Virus record (IMG/VR): IMGVR_UViG_3300031688_000024
Coordinates: 1-52,972 of that record
Source: a virus
Taxonomy: Duplodnaviria > Caudoviricetes
Direction: 5' to 3' (one strand)
DNA: 52,972 bases
The first letter of the stretch is position 1. Each line of letters opens with the position of its first letter. Below the pieces are notes generated by a model that did not search any database, was not told the origin of the DNA, and saw only the letters and a program-made list of their open reading frames with translations. Below, piece by piece: positions 39,860 to 49,461 of the stretch. The translations under genes and the position numbers were made by a program.

Positions 39860-39931
39860 GTTCCCATCGTCTAACGGTCAGGACCTATGGTTTTCATCCA
39901 TAAAATCGGAGTTCGATTCTCCGTGGGAATA
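39860..39931 (+). tRNA. tRNA-Glu(TTC)
   Basis: Loop TTTTCAT. Confidence 0.92.
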
Positions 39932-39937
39932 CAATTT

Positions 39938-40010
39938 GGCCCTGTAGCTAAACTGGCTTAGCACCTCCCTTGCACGGAGAAGTATGTGGGTTCGAGTCCC
40001 ATCAGGCCCA
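39938..40010 (+). tRNA. tRNA-Ala(TGC) lacking G3:U70
   Basis: Loop CTTGCAC; acceptor GGCCCTG/CAGGCCC gives a C3xC70 mismatch. Confidence 0.85.
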
Positions 40011-40083
40011 CAATGATAAAACACCCACCTTTGGTTGGTTTTTGTTAAGGTTTTTAAGGTTGAACCACTAATCAACCTTAAAT

Positions 40084-40155
40084 AGCTCCATAGTTAAACG
40101 GCTATAATGTCGCCCTGTCACGGCGAAGTTCGGAGTTCGATTCTCCGTGGAGCTG
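40084..40155 (+). tRNA. tRNA-Asp(GTC)
   Basis: Loop CTGTCAC, G73. Confidence 0.92.
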
Positions 40156-40160
40156 CACAT

Positions 40161-40235
40161 CGCGAGGGGGAGGTAAGGTATCTCACTGGTCTCATAAGCC
40201 GGAATAGAAGTAGGTTCAATTCCTACCCTACGCTA
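40161..40235 (+). tRNA. Initiator-like tRNA-fMet(CAT)
   Basis: 5' CGCG with unpaired C1, loop CTCATAA, T loop TTCAATT. Confidence 0.8.
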
Positions 40236-40344
40236 CTAAGACCACTGTGGGTCTCTAATTACACAGAGAACTTTTGGGGTAAAAGTCATGTAGGTAATAA
40301 AATTTATACTATCTTAGCATAAATATTTTTACAAAACCCCACAC

Positions 40345-40416
40345 GGTCCGTTAACTCAGAGGTAGAGTAGTTCGCTCATAACGAAAAGGTCATAGGTTCA
40401 AATCCTGTACGGACCA
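40345..40416 (+). tRNA. tRNA CAT (Ile2 or Met)
   Basis: Loop CTCATAA, paired 1-72. Confidence 0.88.
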
Positions 40417-40489
40417 CAGTAATTTTATCCAATATGTGAAGAACCGGCAATACTTGTCAAACTTCCTTAAATTAAAACAAAAATACAAT

Positions 40490-40738
40490 ATGAGTAAAGA
40501 AAACGAAAGTATGAAACTAAAGAGAGGTTTTTGGGCCGGATTATTATCATTTGTGATAGCCAAAGTAGCACATCTATTAATAACATTCTCATTTGGTTTA
40601 TTTATCGGATTGATATCGGGAGGGGAAATAAGTGAGGATATGTGGACATTCATTAGAGCGATTGACCACCCAATTACAGGTCTTATCTTTTTAATATTCG
40701 CGACTAGGTACGTATATAAATTAATTACAGTACGGTAA
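40490..40738 (+). CDS. Small membrane protein
   Basis: ATG at 40490 with A-rich upstream sequence, inside ORF 40436..40738; hydrophobic helices. Confidence 0.65.
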   Translation: MSKENESMKLKRGFWAGLLSFVIAKVAHLLITFSFGLFIGLISGGEISEDMWTFIRAIDHPITGLIFLIFATRYVYKLITVR

Positions 40739-40757
40739 ACGTAAAATAAGTAAGGGG

Positions 40758-40915
40758 TACTTAAACAGACATCCATGGAGTCTATAAATTAAATGGGGGT
40801 AATAGAACGGACATCCTGAATGCCGCTCTCTGAGGAATAAAGACAGGTGATAGAGTCTCCCAGTAATTTGACTTTTTTTAATGTGGTAAGACACTAATGT
40901 GTTTGTTTGAAAGTA
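40758..40915 (+). ncRNA. Candidate rod-like ncRNA (~155 nt)
   Basis: TTAAACAGACAT/GTGTTTGTTTGA, GGAGTC/GACTTT, AAATTA/TAATTT and TGGGG/TCCCA nested helices. Confidence 0.5.
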
Positions 40916-40962
40916 AATAAAACCGTTAAAATCTAAGTTTGGTAAATCTCGCTAAACTATAC

Positions 40963-41035
40963 TGTCCTATGGTGTAACTGGCAACACGTCTCGTTTTGGT
41001 CGAGAAGAGTCGAGGTTCGAGCCCTTGTGGGACAA
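40963..41035 (+). tRNA. tRNA-Gln(TTG), second copy
   Basis: Loop TTTTGGT, U1-A72. Confidence 0.9.
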
Positions 41036-41069
41036 CAATAAAATTAATTAAAACAGTTAAAACTAAAAG

Positions 41070-41187
41070 TATGAAAGGTATTATAATGTTAATGGTCGTT
41101 TCCGGAATTATATGGGGAGCATGGATGAGTTATCAATGGTTAAGAAATCCTGAAAATAGGAAAACCAAAACTAAAAAGGAAGAGTAA
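41070..41187 (+). CDS. Small single-TM protein
   Basis: MKGIIMLMVVSGIIWGAWMSYQWLRN..., 3' part of ORF 40996..41187 (ATG about 41071). Confidence 0.55.
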
Positions 41188-41519
41188 TGGATTATTTCGA
41201 AGTAGGTACCTTTTTAGGTATTATCGTATCGATAACGTTCTTAGTTACCACATTAAGGAACCGACGTTTCGAATCGTCGTTTTTAGAAGACGTAATTCGA
41301 TGGTGGGATGGTAATGTCCTAGGGTTCGATTTGGTTGGTGTTTTCATAGGGGTGTTTACGCTGGCACTAATGACGTTGGCAATACATTTATTGATTGTCG
41401 TTGGGTGGCTCATCATAATACCATGTTATTGTGTTGGTTTCGTCATAGTGAAAATTAGAAATAGGAGAATATCAAAATTAAAAAAAGCTGCAGTAGAAAA
41501 AACTTATGGTAAAAAGTAA
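41187..41519 (+). CDS. Membrane protein
   Basis: Hydrophobic helices, basic tail, coupled start. Confidence 0.65.
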   Translation: MDYFEVGTFLGIIVSITFLVTTLRNRRFESSFLEDVIRWWDGNVLGFDLVGVFIGVFTLALMTLAIHLLIVVGWLIIIPCYCVGFVIVKIRNRRISKLKKAAVEKTYGKK

Positions 41520-41563
41520 GTGGGTAAACAATTATAAATAAATAGCAATTAAAACAAGTAAAG

Positions 41564-42364
41564 ATGAAGAAAGTATTATTAGTATTATTAGTGGGATTAT
41601 TTGGTTTCACATCGTGTGAAACAGTAGACAGTGGACATAAAGGTGTTAGAGTCTCATGGGGTGGAGAAACAGACATGAATACAATCTACAATGAGGGGAT
41701 GCACAACGGATTAGGGTTTCTATTTGATGATATGATTGAGTATGATGTTAGAGAGAAAACAACAGTACAGAGATTCGAATTTAATGATAAGAATAACATG
41801 GCGACAGTTGTCGAATTGGCATTAGACTATAGTTTAAATCCGAACAAGGTAAATCTATTACACACTAAAATTACGGATGTGGAGGTTAAGATACTAAAGA
41901 CGTTGAAATCAGCGGGTAAGGAAGTGGTACCACAATACTCGGCAATCGAATTAAACATCTCAAAAAGAAACGAAGCAGAAGCGAAACTCGCCCAAATCAT
42001 TAAAGATGAGTTACCAGAATTCTATATTGAATTTAAGAGATTACAGATGACGGATGTGGATATCCCAAAGGCGGTGGCGAATTTGGCTGAGGAAACTGCG
42101 GTACAATTAGGTCGTAATGAATTGGCTAAGAAAAAAGAGGCGGAACAAACGGCATTAGCAAAGGCAGCAGTAGCGAAATCTAAAGGGTTGTTTGAGGCGG
42201 CAGAATATGACGTAAAGACTAAGAAATTAATGTCACAACCGGCAGTATTGAAATTATATGAGGCGGAAACAAATAGACAGTGGGCAATACAAGGTAAATC
42301 TAAGTATGGTAACAACAACGTATTTGGTGCCGGAGTTGGCATCTTGAAAGGATTAAATAAATAA
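41564..42364 (+). CDS. SPFH/Band 7 (prohibitin-like) lipoprotein
   Basis: Lipobox FTSC, VDSGHKGV, Ala/Glu/Lys coiled-coil C-terminus. Confidence 0.88.
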   Translation: MKKVLLVLLVGLFGFTSCETVDSGHKGVRVSWGGETDMNTIYNEGMHNGLGFLFDDMIEYDVREKTTVQRFEFNDKNNMATVVELALDYSLNPNKVNLLHTKITDVEVKILKTLKSAGKEVVPQYSAIELNISKRNEAEAKLAQIIKDELPEFYIEFKRLQMTDVDIPKAVANLAEETAVQLGRNELAKKKEAEQTALAKAAVAKSKGLFEAAEYDVKTKKLMSQPAVLKLYEAETNRQWAIQGKSKYGNNNVFGAGVGILKGLNK

Positions 42365-42494
42365 ATAGAATTAAAGAGTGGACATTTATAGGGAAACTGA
42401 AACCACATGGAGAAAAGACCTTCGTTAACAAATTCAGTAAACAATATAAAGAGAACTTATGAATAATAGTAATAAGAAGTGTCACTCTTTTATA

Positions 42495-43091
42495 ATATTA
42501 GTCCAATCTACGATGGACTCGGGGATACTTGATATCAGGTAATAGAGATGATAGGAAATGATGACCGGAAAACTGATAGTAGAACAAAAAAAGGTTAAAC
42601 CTATGACCTGGTAATTACCTTTACATTGATAAGTGAAATATATTATCGTAGAGGTATTACTAAATAAAGGTGGGATATAAGTTGTTATACGTCAAGTTAG
42701 TGTCGTATTTAAAATTAGGTTTGGAAATAATATCGCTTAGATTCCTATAACATATTAAACCCACCAAGAGTACCAACTGTATTGTAATATGTTGGAAGTA
42801 AGTGGGCATAATTGTAACATCACCGTAATAGGCGTTACCGATACTGAAAAACTAAATACACTTAGGAGTTTACAACAAGAGATAATGAGGTAAAGGTGTA
42901 GACGCCTTAATCAGGGGTAAGAAGAAACTAGATTGTCTTACCGGGAAATTGGGGATGTAACACAATAGGCTAGATTAAAAGGTTACATTCGGTAATTATC
43001 TTGAGACCATTTATAAACGTGATAACCATAACAAAGCTAAATGACGCATAAGGTTATAGGAGACGTCAGCGATAATAGATGGTGCTAATAT
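42495..43091 (+). ncRNA. Large structured ncRNA (~600 nt), ROOL/GOLLD-class candidate
   Basis: No long ORF; 5'/3' closing helix, many hairpins, long-range and crossing pairings; terminator immediately downstream. Confidence 0.75.
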
Positions 43092-43092
43092 C

Positions 43093-43131
43093 AAATAAAC
43101 CCATATATGTGATGCATATATGGGTTTATTT
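43093..43131. terminator. Strong inverted repeat/terminator
   Basis: AAATAAACCCATATATG-tgatg-CATATATGGGTTTATTT. Confidence 0.85.
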
Positions 43132-43145
43132 ATTATCTTTGTTGT

Positions 43146-43862
43146 ATGGAAACTCTAAAACATATGAAATATAAATTACTACTTATTCTAATACCCACAC
43201 TTTTTTTAAGTCTTAAATTGCCGATTAACCAACTAATCGGGGACAAAAAAACTAAAATATTTCAAACTTCCACGTATAATGTATATGTAATTAAGAAAGG
43301 TGAGATGAACTTCAAAGTTAGTGAGTCAAAACCCACCAATTCCGATTTTTATATTAATAGTAATTTTTTCACTAAAAGTGGTAATCCGATAGGGTTAGTG
43401 GTTATTGATGGTAAGAGAAAGAATCGTAGAGTGAAAGGTGGTGGGTTCTTTTACGTTAAGAACGGTAAACCATACGTTAGGAGTAAGAATAGTCCTAAAA
43501 TGACCCAACACTCGTCTCAGACGATTTTATGGGGTATTGATAATGGTATTATGAATGTACGACTTTTTACCATGAACCATGCGAATCTTAAAAGACATCG
43601 TACCTTAATGGGTCAAACCCGTGATGGGGATATAGTCGTTGTGTCCTCCAGAATAGTCGGGAGAGTTACGATTAAAGAGATTGTTACTTTTTCAAGTAAG
43701 TATGATATCGTGGATGGAATTCTACTTGACGGTGGTACCTCTGTAGATTACAAATTCACAGATAAAAACGGGACAACATCTGTCATGTCGGTACCATTAG
43801 GGTTAAAAGGTCCTTTAAATATTAAAGAACCAACGACATATATAACGGGGAACTTTAATTAA
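43146..43862 (+). CDS. Phosphodiester glycosidase family protein (NAGPA/DUF2233-like)
   Basis: INSNFF....PIGLVVIDG, RTLMG and LLDGGTS motifs; N-terminal signal/TM segment. Confidence 0.75.
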   Translation: METLKHMKYKLLLILIPTLFLSLKLPINQLIGDKKTKIFQTSTYNVYVIKKGEMNFKVSESKPTNSDFYINSNFFTKSGNPIGLVVIDGKRKNRRVKGGGFFYVKNGKPYVRSKNSPKMTQHSSQTILWGIDNGIMNVRLFTMNHANLKRHRTLMGQTRDGDIVVVSSRIVGRVTIKEIVTFSSKYDIVDGILLDGGTSVDYKFTDKNGTTSVMSVPLGLKGPLNIKEPTTYITGNFN

Positions 43863-45814
43863 ATGCACTTAATACCCTTAAAACGTTCAGCGACTTCTTT
43901 AATGTATCCGTGAGTGGAAGTTTTAACTCCGTCCCATCTTTCAGACTTAAAATTGGGGATGTAGTTCTTCACTTCCTCACCTTTACCGTCAACCTGACCA
44001 TTACACTTATCCTTTAAGTTTTTTAGATTTCGATTAGTATCTTTTGAGTCACACCATTTAGTTATTGATGTTCTACCTATATTGTAAGATGCAATTGATA
44101 TATCATACATTGCGTTTCCTGTTCCTATATCACCTATACTGGATGGAGTTTCCCCATACCCTTCGGTTCGAGCTTTTTTAATTGACTTATGAAGGTATTG
44201 GTACACCCCTGACAATGCTCCGACATTAGTTAGGATGTAAGATAGGTCTAACCCTAATTCCTCCGCAGTCTCCGTCTTCATTTGTGCCGGTCCAACTGAG
44301 GTGTCAGCACCTAAATAAGCTCCAATAATTTTAATGGGACTTATAGTATTATACCTTAATCCTGATGCGAATGTACTCTCCCTTCCAATAATACCTAATG
44401 AAAGTTTTAATATGTCAGTGTCGTATCCTTCCTCAATTAAGGTATCTAATGGAACTCTAAAGTCCTCATTTACGCAGTTATATTTCTCGTTTACCGATTT
44501 TATTTTTTGTTTGGTTTCTTCTTTTACCTTAAACACTACACTATTAGGGTTGGTTTCAGGTTGACCCGGCATTAAGTGGTCCGGTCTTTGTTCATTAATG
44601 TCGTTATACTCAGAAAGATTTTTCTTAGAGACTTTGACTTGTTTTGTTGTTGTACCACTTCTTTTAATCCAACATATTGTAGGGGATAACTCTGAGACTG
44701 GTTGACTAATAACATTACCACTCACATTATGAAATATAAGAGGAATGCCATCCTGTATTGCACCAACAATACCTAAGTGGGTATTCATACCCCATCCATC
44801 TCCATTACTTATCGTTTTACCTGGTTTTCCGTCTACGAACCAAGCTACCCCACCGTGGTAGAATGCCTCTTCGTGATGACTTGAACCATCATAGTATAAT
44901 CCAATAATGTCGTCAATCTGTAAATCGGTAGGTGAACTTTCACCACCATTCACGAGACCCTTAACGAATGATTTAACCTTACCACCGGTAACGTTACCAC
45001 CTTCTTTTCCACCACCATTCTCATCTAATTCTTGCCATAACGATATCGCAGTTTTTATTTGTGTATCGTCTAATTGTTTAAATTTTGAGAATATTGTCGG
45101 ACCTAAAATCGAATCATTCCTATATGATAACCACGCGTTACCTACAGAGTCAAACTTATCTGAGAAATCATTGATAAATTGAGCACATTCTTTAGTGCCT
45201 GGGTTTGATATAAGGTGGTCTATTTTACCTGAGGAAGATTCTAACTTCTTAAAGTTTATCTTTTGTAGGAAGTTAGAGTTTATAGTGTCACTAACAAAAA
45301 GATTTGGTATCGTACTCTTTCGTTTATTCAAGGGATTACCTTTAGAAACCTCACGATTTGAGTTCTTCTCTTGGTAATACTCACCAAACGTCTTCCCCGA
45401 TTTGAGTTTCGAATTATACGCTTTCCTAATGTATGAATTAGTGTGACTACCTGATACGTCTAGGTTGATTCGTTTAGAGAATGACTTATAGTACTTATTC
45501 ATCCATGTACGGAACCTATCACCTTCTTCTTTTGTTTTAAAAGGTTCACCGGTCTTAGTGGTCTCACCTTTAGTCGTATCGGGAGAATTAAACACCTTAG
45601 ATTTAATCGCGTCTAATACTTTACCGGTAGCTTTAATCCACTTATCTGACGTTTTCTTTTTAGTGAAGTATAGATTACCCTCCTTTTTATAGTCATAGAC
45701 TGAGTCGTAGTTAGTAACTTCTTGTTCGATTAATGTGTTAATCGATTTCTCCGCACTATGTAGATTTAGGATTCTAGACATCTCACTCTCTTTTATATTA
45801 TATATATTTTTCAT
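43859..45814 (-). CDS. Multidomain cell-wall hydrolase-like protein (CHAP/NlpC-like plus lytic-transglycosylase-like)
   Basis: ECAQF...GNAW...THLGIV..IFHN and IIGRESTF...SVGPAQMK...ASYNIG motifs. Confidence 0.65.
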   Translation of the reverse strand: MKNIYNIKESEMSRILNLHSAEKSINTLIEQEVTNYDSVYDYKKEGNLYFTKKKTSDKWIKATGKVLDAIKSKVFNSPDTTKGETTKTGEPFKTKEEGDRFRTWMNKYYKSFSKRINLDVSGSHTNSYIRKAYNSKLKSGKTFGEYYQEKNSNREVSKGNPLNKRKSTIPNLFVSDTINSNFLQKINFKKLESSSGKIDHLISNPGTKECAQFINDFSDKFDSVGNAWLSYRNDSILGPTIFSKFKQLDDTQIKTAISLWQELDENGGGKEGGNVTGGKVKSFVKGLVNGGESSPTDLQIDDIIGLYYDGSSHHEEAFYHGGVAWFVDGKPGKTISNGDGWGMNTHLGIVGAIQDGIPLIFHNVSGNVISQPVSELSPTICWIKRSGTTTKQVKVSKKNLSEYNDINEQRPDHLMPGQPETNPNSVVFKVKEETKQKIKSVNEKYNCVNEDFRVPLDTLIEEGYDTDILKLSLGIIGRESTFASGLRYNTISPIKIIGAYLGADTSVGPAQMKTETAEELGLDLSYILTNVGALSGVYQYLHKSIKKARTEGYGETPSSIGDIGTGNAMYDISIASYNIGRTSITKWCDSKDTNRNLKNLKDKCNGQVDGKGEEVKNYIPNFKSERWDGVKTSTHGYIKEVAERFKGIKCI

Positions 45815-45889
45815 AATTTCACTTTAGTCTCTTCTTTTAAGCACCCCCTTTAATTTCATTAAACAGTTCGTCTGCGTAACCATATGGGT

Positions 45890-46096
45890 TTAGGTGTCAT
45901 TATTTTGATTGGATTTACTACCAAAGTAGGTACCGATAATCCCAATCAGTCCGGTGATGGTAATTTGTAATAATTGTATTATGGATTCGTTAATAGGTCT
46001 ATTATCCTCATACGAGATTATAAAATCACCTATAACGATAAACCCTAATAATAATAGGATACCAACAACTAAAACAAATACTATCTTATTAACCAT
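45890..46096 (-). CDS. Small two-TM protein (holin-like?)
   Basis: MVNKIVFVLVVG...ITGLIGIIGTYFGSK; upstream of the hydrolase gene; start uncertain. Confidence 0.55.
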   Translation of the reverse strand: MVNKIVFVLVVGILLLLGFIVIGDFIISYEDNRPINESIIQLLQITITGLIGIIGTYFGSKSNQNNDT

Positions 46097-46190
46097 TACT
46101 AATAAATATAATAAACCAGTAAAAAACATCCACACTTACACTTAAGAGTGGTACATTTTCACTATATTTGTGAAGAATAAAATAAAAGGT

Positions 46191-46346
46191 ATGTCAATGA
46201 CTAGTACAACAATAGACGGTTCGAAGTTTCTAAAATTAAAAATGGGTAACCAGCTAACCGATATGGAGAAAAAGAAAATCCTTATGAAGGAAATCGTAAT
46301 GTCACACTATGCCAGTGATTATTTTTTCTATAAAATAATAAAATAA
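46191..46346 (+). CDS. Small hypothetical protein (51 aa, not in the ORF track)
   Basis: MSMTSTTIDGSKFLKLKMG...; directly after the promoter at 46163. Confidence 0.55.
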   Translation: MSMTSTTIDGSKFLKLKMGNQLTDMEKKKILMKEIVMSHYASDYFFYKIIK

Positions 46347-46354
46347 AATAAATA

Positions 46355-46576
46355 ATGATTTCAGAATTTGAGGTATTAAATACTTACAGTCAATTAAAGA
46401 GGGGTAAGTTTGGTGAATTAGGTAGTTTTGCTCACCATAAAACGTGTAGTTATATTTGTGTTGGTTCATTACTAACGGAAATGGATGACTTTCGGAAAGA
46501 TTTTAAGGGGGAGTTATGGGAATGGTTTTTACTTACTAAAGATTTTTACTATAATTCATTACATAAGAACCTATAG
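46355..46576 (+). CDS. Hypothetical protein
   Basis: 73 aa, A-rich start, followed by a GGTCAC/GTGACC hairpin. Confidence 0.6.
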   Translation: MISEFEVLNTYSQLKRGKFGELGSFAHHKTCSYICVGSLLTEMDDFRKDFKGELWEWFLLTKDFYYNSLHKNL

Positions 46577-46612
46577 AGCATAAAAAAGGTCACGTAATGT
46601 GACCTAAGAGTT

Positions 46613-46762
46613 TTAGATGAATAACGGATATTCGTCGTCGGAGACTTCGTCCTCTACAACGGTTTCGTCATTTGTTTCTTCGTCATATACTAAGGAATTC
46701 AAAAAGAAATAGTAGTATGGTAACTTTGTTGGTTCGATAAGAGCTGCTCTATCCAGGGACAT
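46613..46762 (-). CDS. Small acidic protein (49 aa, not in the ORF track)
   Basis: MSLDRAALIEPTKLPYYYFFLNSLVYDEETNDETVVEDEVSDDEYPLFI; minus-strand terminator at 46582-46604. Confidence 0.55.
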   Translation of the reverse strand: MSLDRAALIEPTKLPYYYFFLNSLVYDEETNDETVVEDEVSDDEYPLFI

Positions 46763-46854
46763 AATGATTTAATGGTTTAAAAGTTTATTGGGTTTGTATT
46801 ACTACCCCCATAAGTATTAAAAAAGTGTAAAAAACTACCTTAGAAACGTAAAAA

Positions 46855-48543
46855 ATGAAAATATTATCAATTAACTTAGGAATTAATGGTGGAATCGCAT
46901 TTATGGAGAATGGGAAGATATTAAAACACACCTCGTTCCATAAAATAAATGTTGGGACGAGCATAGGTAAGTTAAGTTCCGACACTTTGACGAATTTCCT
47001 TGGTGGGACGGAGATTAGAGTGGATGAATTGGATTATATTGTCTTCGCTGGGTACGATAAGGATATGATTGGATTACCCCATTTTGACTTTGTGGTGGAC
47101 CCTGAATTTCGGTTAACCCCTCTTTCCGCATTCCAAGAACACGGAAAGGAAAGAAAGACAGTTTTCCATTTACCTTCCTTATTACCACCATACACTGATA
47201 GACCATATAATTACGTAACCGGTTATGTGATTTACAATCAATTAGTGGTACCATCACTAATTGTTAGTCCCGATATGTGTCATTCATCTATTGGATATTT
47301 CACGTCCGAGTTCGTCAATTCAATCAATATTACGGTATCATATAATGATTATACGATTTATGATGGTTCGTCAGTAAGTGTGTCAGAGTCAAATGAAATG
47401 ACCGTGGTCAATCGACCTAAAATCAGCGTGGGGAAACTATACCCTAAGATGACCGAACTATTGGGGTTTGGTTCGGGATACTTCAACCACACAACAATCT
47501 CGGATATTTCACCTAGGTATAATGACGAAGAATATAATGGGGTAATAGATGAAGGGGTAAATAATCATTTGTCCGACATTAGGGATAATTATGAGTTAAC
47601 CCTTTTCAATGAGGTTACCAAACATAAAGTGATACAAAAATTAGATAAATTCCGAATGTTACCGTACTACTCTTACGACGAAGAGTCTTTTGGTAATAAA
47701 TTCGTACTTAAAATGGCGTCGATATGTCAGAAAGTAATCGAAAATACGGTAATCGATTTAATAACAAATAGTATAAAAAATTACTCACCCAACTTTACTC
47801 GAAATATTACCTTAAGTGGGGAGACTTTTTTGAATCGTAGATTAAATACTAAAATACTTAATAAATTTAAAGATTATAATATTCATATATCACCACTGAC
47901 AGAGTCTCAATCAATGTCGTTAGGGGGCGCATTGTACGTTAACTCACTTTACGGTACTCGTAGAAGATACCATAGAGATTTTTTATTATCTAATTCTCAC
48001 TATATTAATGACATGATTAATAATGGGCCGGAAATTAACTACGAAGAGTTAAGTGATGTGTTAGATGGGAATATGATTTCATTTCACTATAAATCGCCTG
48101 AGTGTACGAAAAAAAGTATGGGACATACTGGGTTTATATTTGATGTATCTAATGATGAATATAGTAAGAGAAAAGATAAACTATGTAAGGAATTATTTAG
48201 TAAACCGTGTGTGGTCGTATTAGAGGAGTCATATGGTAAACACTTTATCGTTGACGAATATACGTTTAACAATAATACCATATCAAAACCTAATTTACCT
48301 CATCTTTTTAAGGACTTCATACATGATGACGGATATGTTAATATATTTGTAATTAATGAAGTGACTAACCCATCATTATTTAATATCATTAAAAAAACGG
48401 GTCGGGAATATATCGGGTTATGTGATTACAATACCGATAAGTTTAGGTCTATTTATCATAATGATACCCTTTTTACTTTATCCTCCGATGTTGAGGTAAA
48501 ATTCATAATAATTGACGATAAATTACATAAAATAGAGGAATAG
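46855..48543 (+). CDS. Degenerate carbamoyltransferase-like protein (NodU/CmcH/TobZ fold)
   Basis: MKILSINLG.NGG.AF..NG, VGKLY, LSGETFLNRRLN, SMSLGGAL, KKSMGHTGF and IHDDG segments resemble the family, but catalytic motifs are altered. Confidence 0.6.
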   Translation: MKILSINLGINGGIAFMENGKILKHTSFHKINVGTSIGKLSSDTLTNFLGGTEIRVDELDYIVFAGYDKDMIGLPHFDFVVDPEFRLTPLSAFQEHGKERKTVFHLPSLLPPYTDRPYNYVTGYVIYNQLVVPSLIVSPDMCHSSIGYFTSEFVNSINITVSYNDYTIYDGSSVSVSESNEMTVVNRPKISVGKLYPKMTELLGFGSGYFNHTTISDISPRYNDEEYNGVIDEGVNNHLSDIRDNYELTLFNEVTKHKVIQKLDKFRMLPYYSYDEESFGNKFVLKMASICQKVIENTVIDLITNSIKNYSPNFTRNITLSGETFLNRRLNTKILNKFKDYNIHISPLTESQSMSLGGALYVNSLYGTRRRYHRDFLLSNSHYINDMINNGPEINYEELSDVLDGNMISFHYKSPECTKKSMGHTGFIFDVSNDEYSKRKDKLCKELFSKPCVVVLEESYGKHFIVDEYTFNNNTISKPNLPHLFKDFIHDDGYVNIFVINEVTNPSLFNIIKKTGREYIGLCDYNTDKFRSIYHNDTLFTLSSDVEVKFIIIDDKLHKIEE

Positions 48544-48547
48544 TGGT

Positions 48548-48796
48548 ATGGGAATAATAATAGACTTACTTTTATGGATTGGTCTCGTGGTGACCACAAT
48601 AACGTTCATATTTAATATCACTGGAATCTTCCCCAAAATCATGGATATTGACCCCACAGACCCATTATCGTTATTAGATATAACGGATAAGGAAGTTGAA
48701 AAGGTTGATTGTGATGTGTGTGGTCGGGAAAAGGGGTGTGAGCCCTTAATCGTTTGTCAAGATGAAATGTGCGTTAACAATAATGATAAACACTAA
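48548..48796 (+). CDS. Small TM protein with Cys cluster
   Basis: N-terminal TM; CDVC...C....C....C. Confidence 0.55.
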   Translation: MGIIIDLLLWIGLVVTTITFIFNITGIFPKIMDIDPTDPLSLLDITDKEVEKVDCDVCGREKGCEPLIVCQDEMCVNNNDKH

Positions 48797-49184
48797 AAAT
48801 CTCATTTCGGTACGTAACTGAGTACTTTCCTTCAGAAATTGTATCGGTTTTTAATTTCATAAATTCTCCCCTATTGATTGTAAAGAATTTGTCACCCCTC
48901 AACTCAAAAGACTTAATGTTTTCTGAGTCGCAACGGTCGTTAATTACTACCCATTCGTCATATTCCATTTTACGTCGATTATCTGTGTCCTCATTCCTCT
49001 TGATGGAAACGAGCATTTCAATCTCATCGGTAGTCATTTCTCTAACGGTAAAATCGTTATACGAAAATGGGTTACCCCCAGAAAAGAATTCTGGGGATGT
49101 CACATTTACTATATTACCGTAAGGTATAACTTCGTGTATGTGAGACGGGTCTTCCCTTCTAACAATCGCGTATCTTATAACCAT
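48774..49184 (-). CDS. Hypothetical protein
   Basis: 136 aa, coupled to 49186..49413. Confidence 0.6.
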   Translation of the reverse strand: MVIRYAIVRREDPSHIHEVIPYGNIVNVTSPEFFSGGNPFSYNDFTVREMTTDEIEMLVSIKRNEDTDNRRKMEYDEWVVINDRCDSENIKSFELRGDKFFTINRGEFMKLKTDTISEGKYSVTYRNEIFSVYHYC

Positions 49185-49185
49185 A

Positions 49186-49413
49186 TTATTTTATGAATGT
49201 TCCGTTTTCGAAATTGTATGGGACTGAACCGTAATCGTCAGGTATTTCACCATTAAACTCATAAACGTTATGTGTTTCTGATGTTATTTCAGAAAATTCA
49301 TTTACGTCCTCCTCATATTGACAGATTAAGACTCCGTCAGTTAATTCGTATTTATCACATAACCAAACTAAGTCGATTATTGATGATTCTTTTTTTGTTA
49401 TAATTGCGTACAT
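49186..49413 (-). CDS. Hypothetical protein (possible tail-fibre accessory)
   Basis: IPDDY....YNFENGTF resembles a phage fibre-assembly motif. Confidence 0.5.
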   Translation of the reverse strand: MYAIITKKESSIIDLVWLCDKYELTDGVLICQYEEDVNEFSEITSETHNVYEFNGEIPDDYGSVPYNFENGTFIK

Positions 49414-49461
49414 ATCTTTGTATTTTATTTTATTATTAATTACATTATAAATACCATAATA

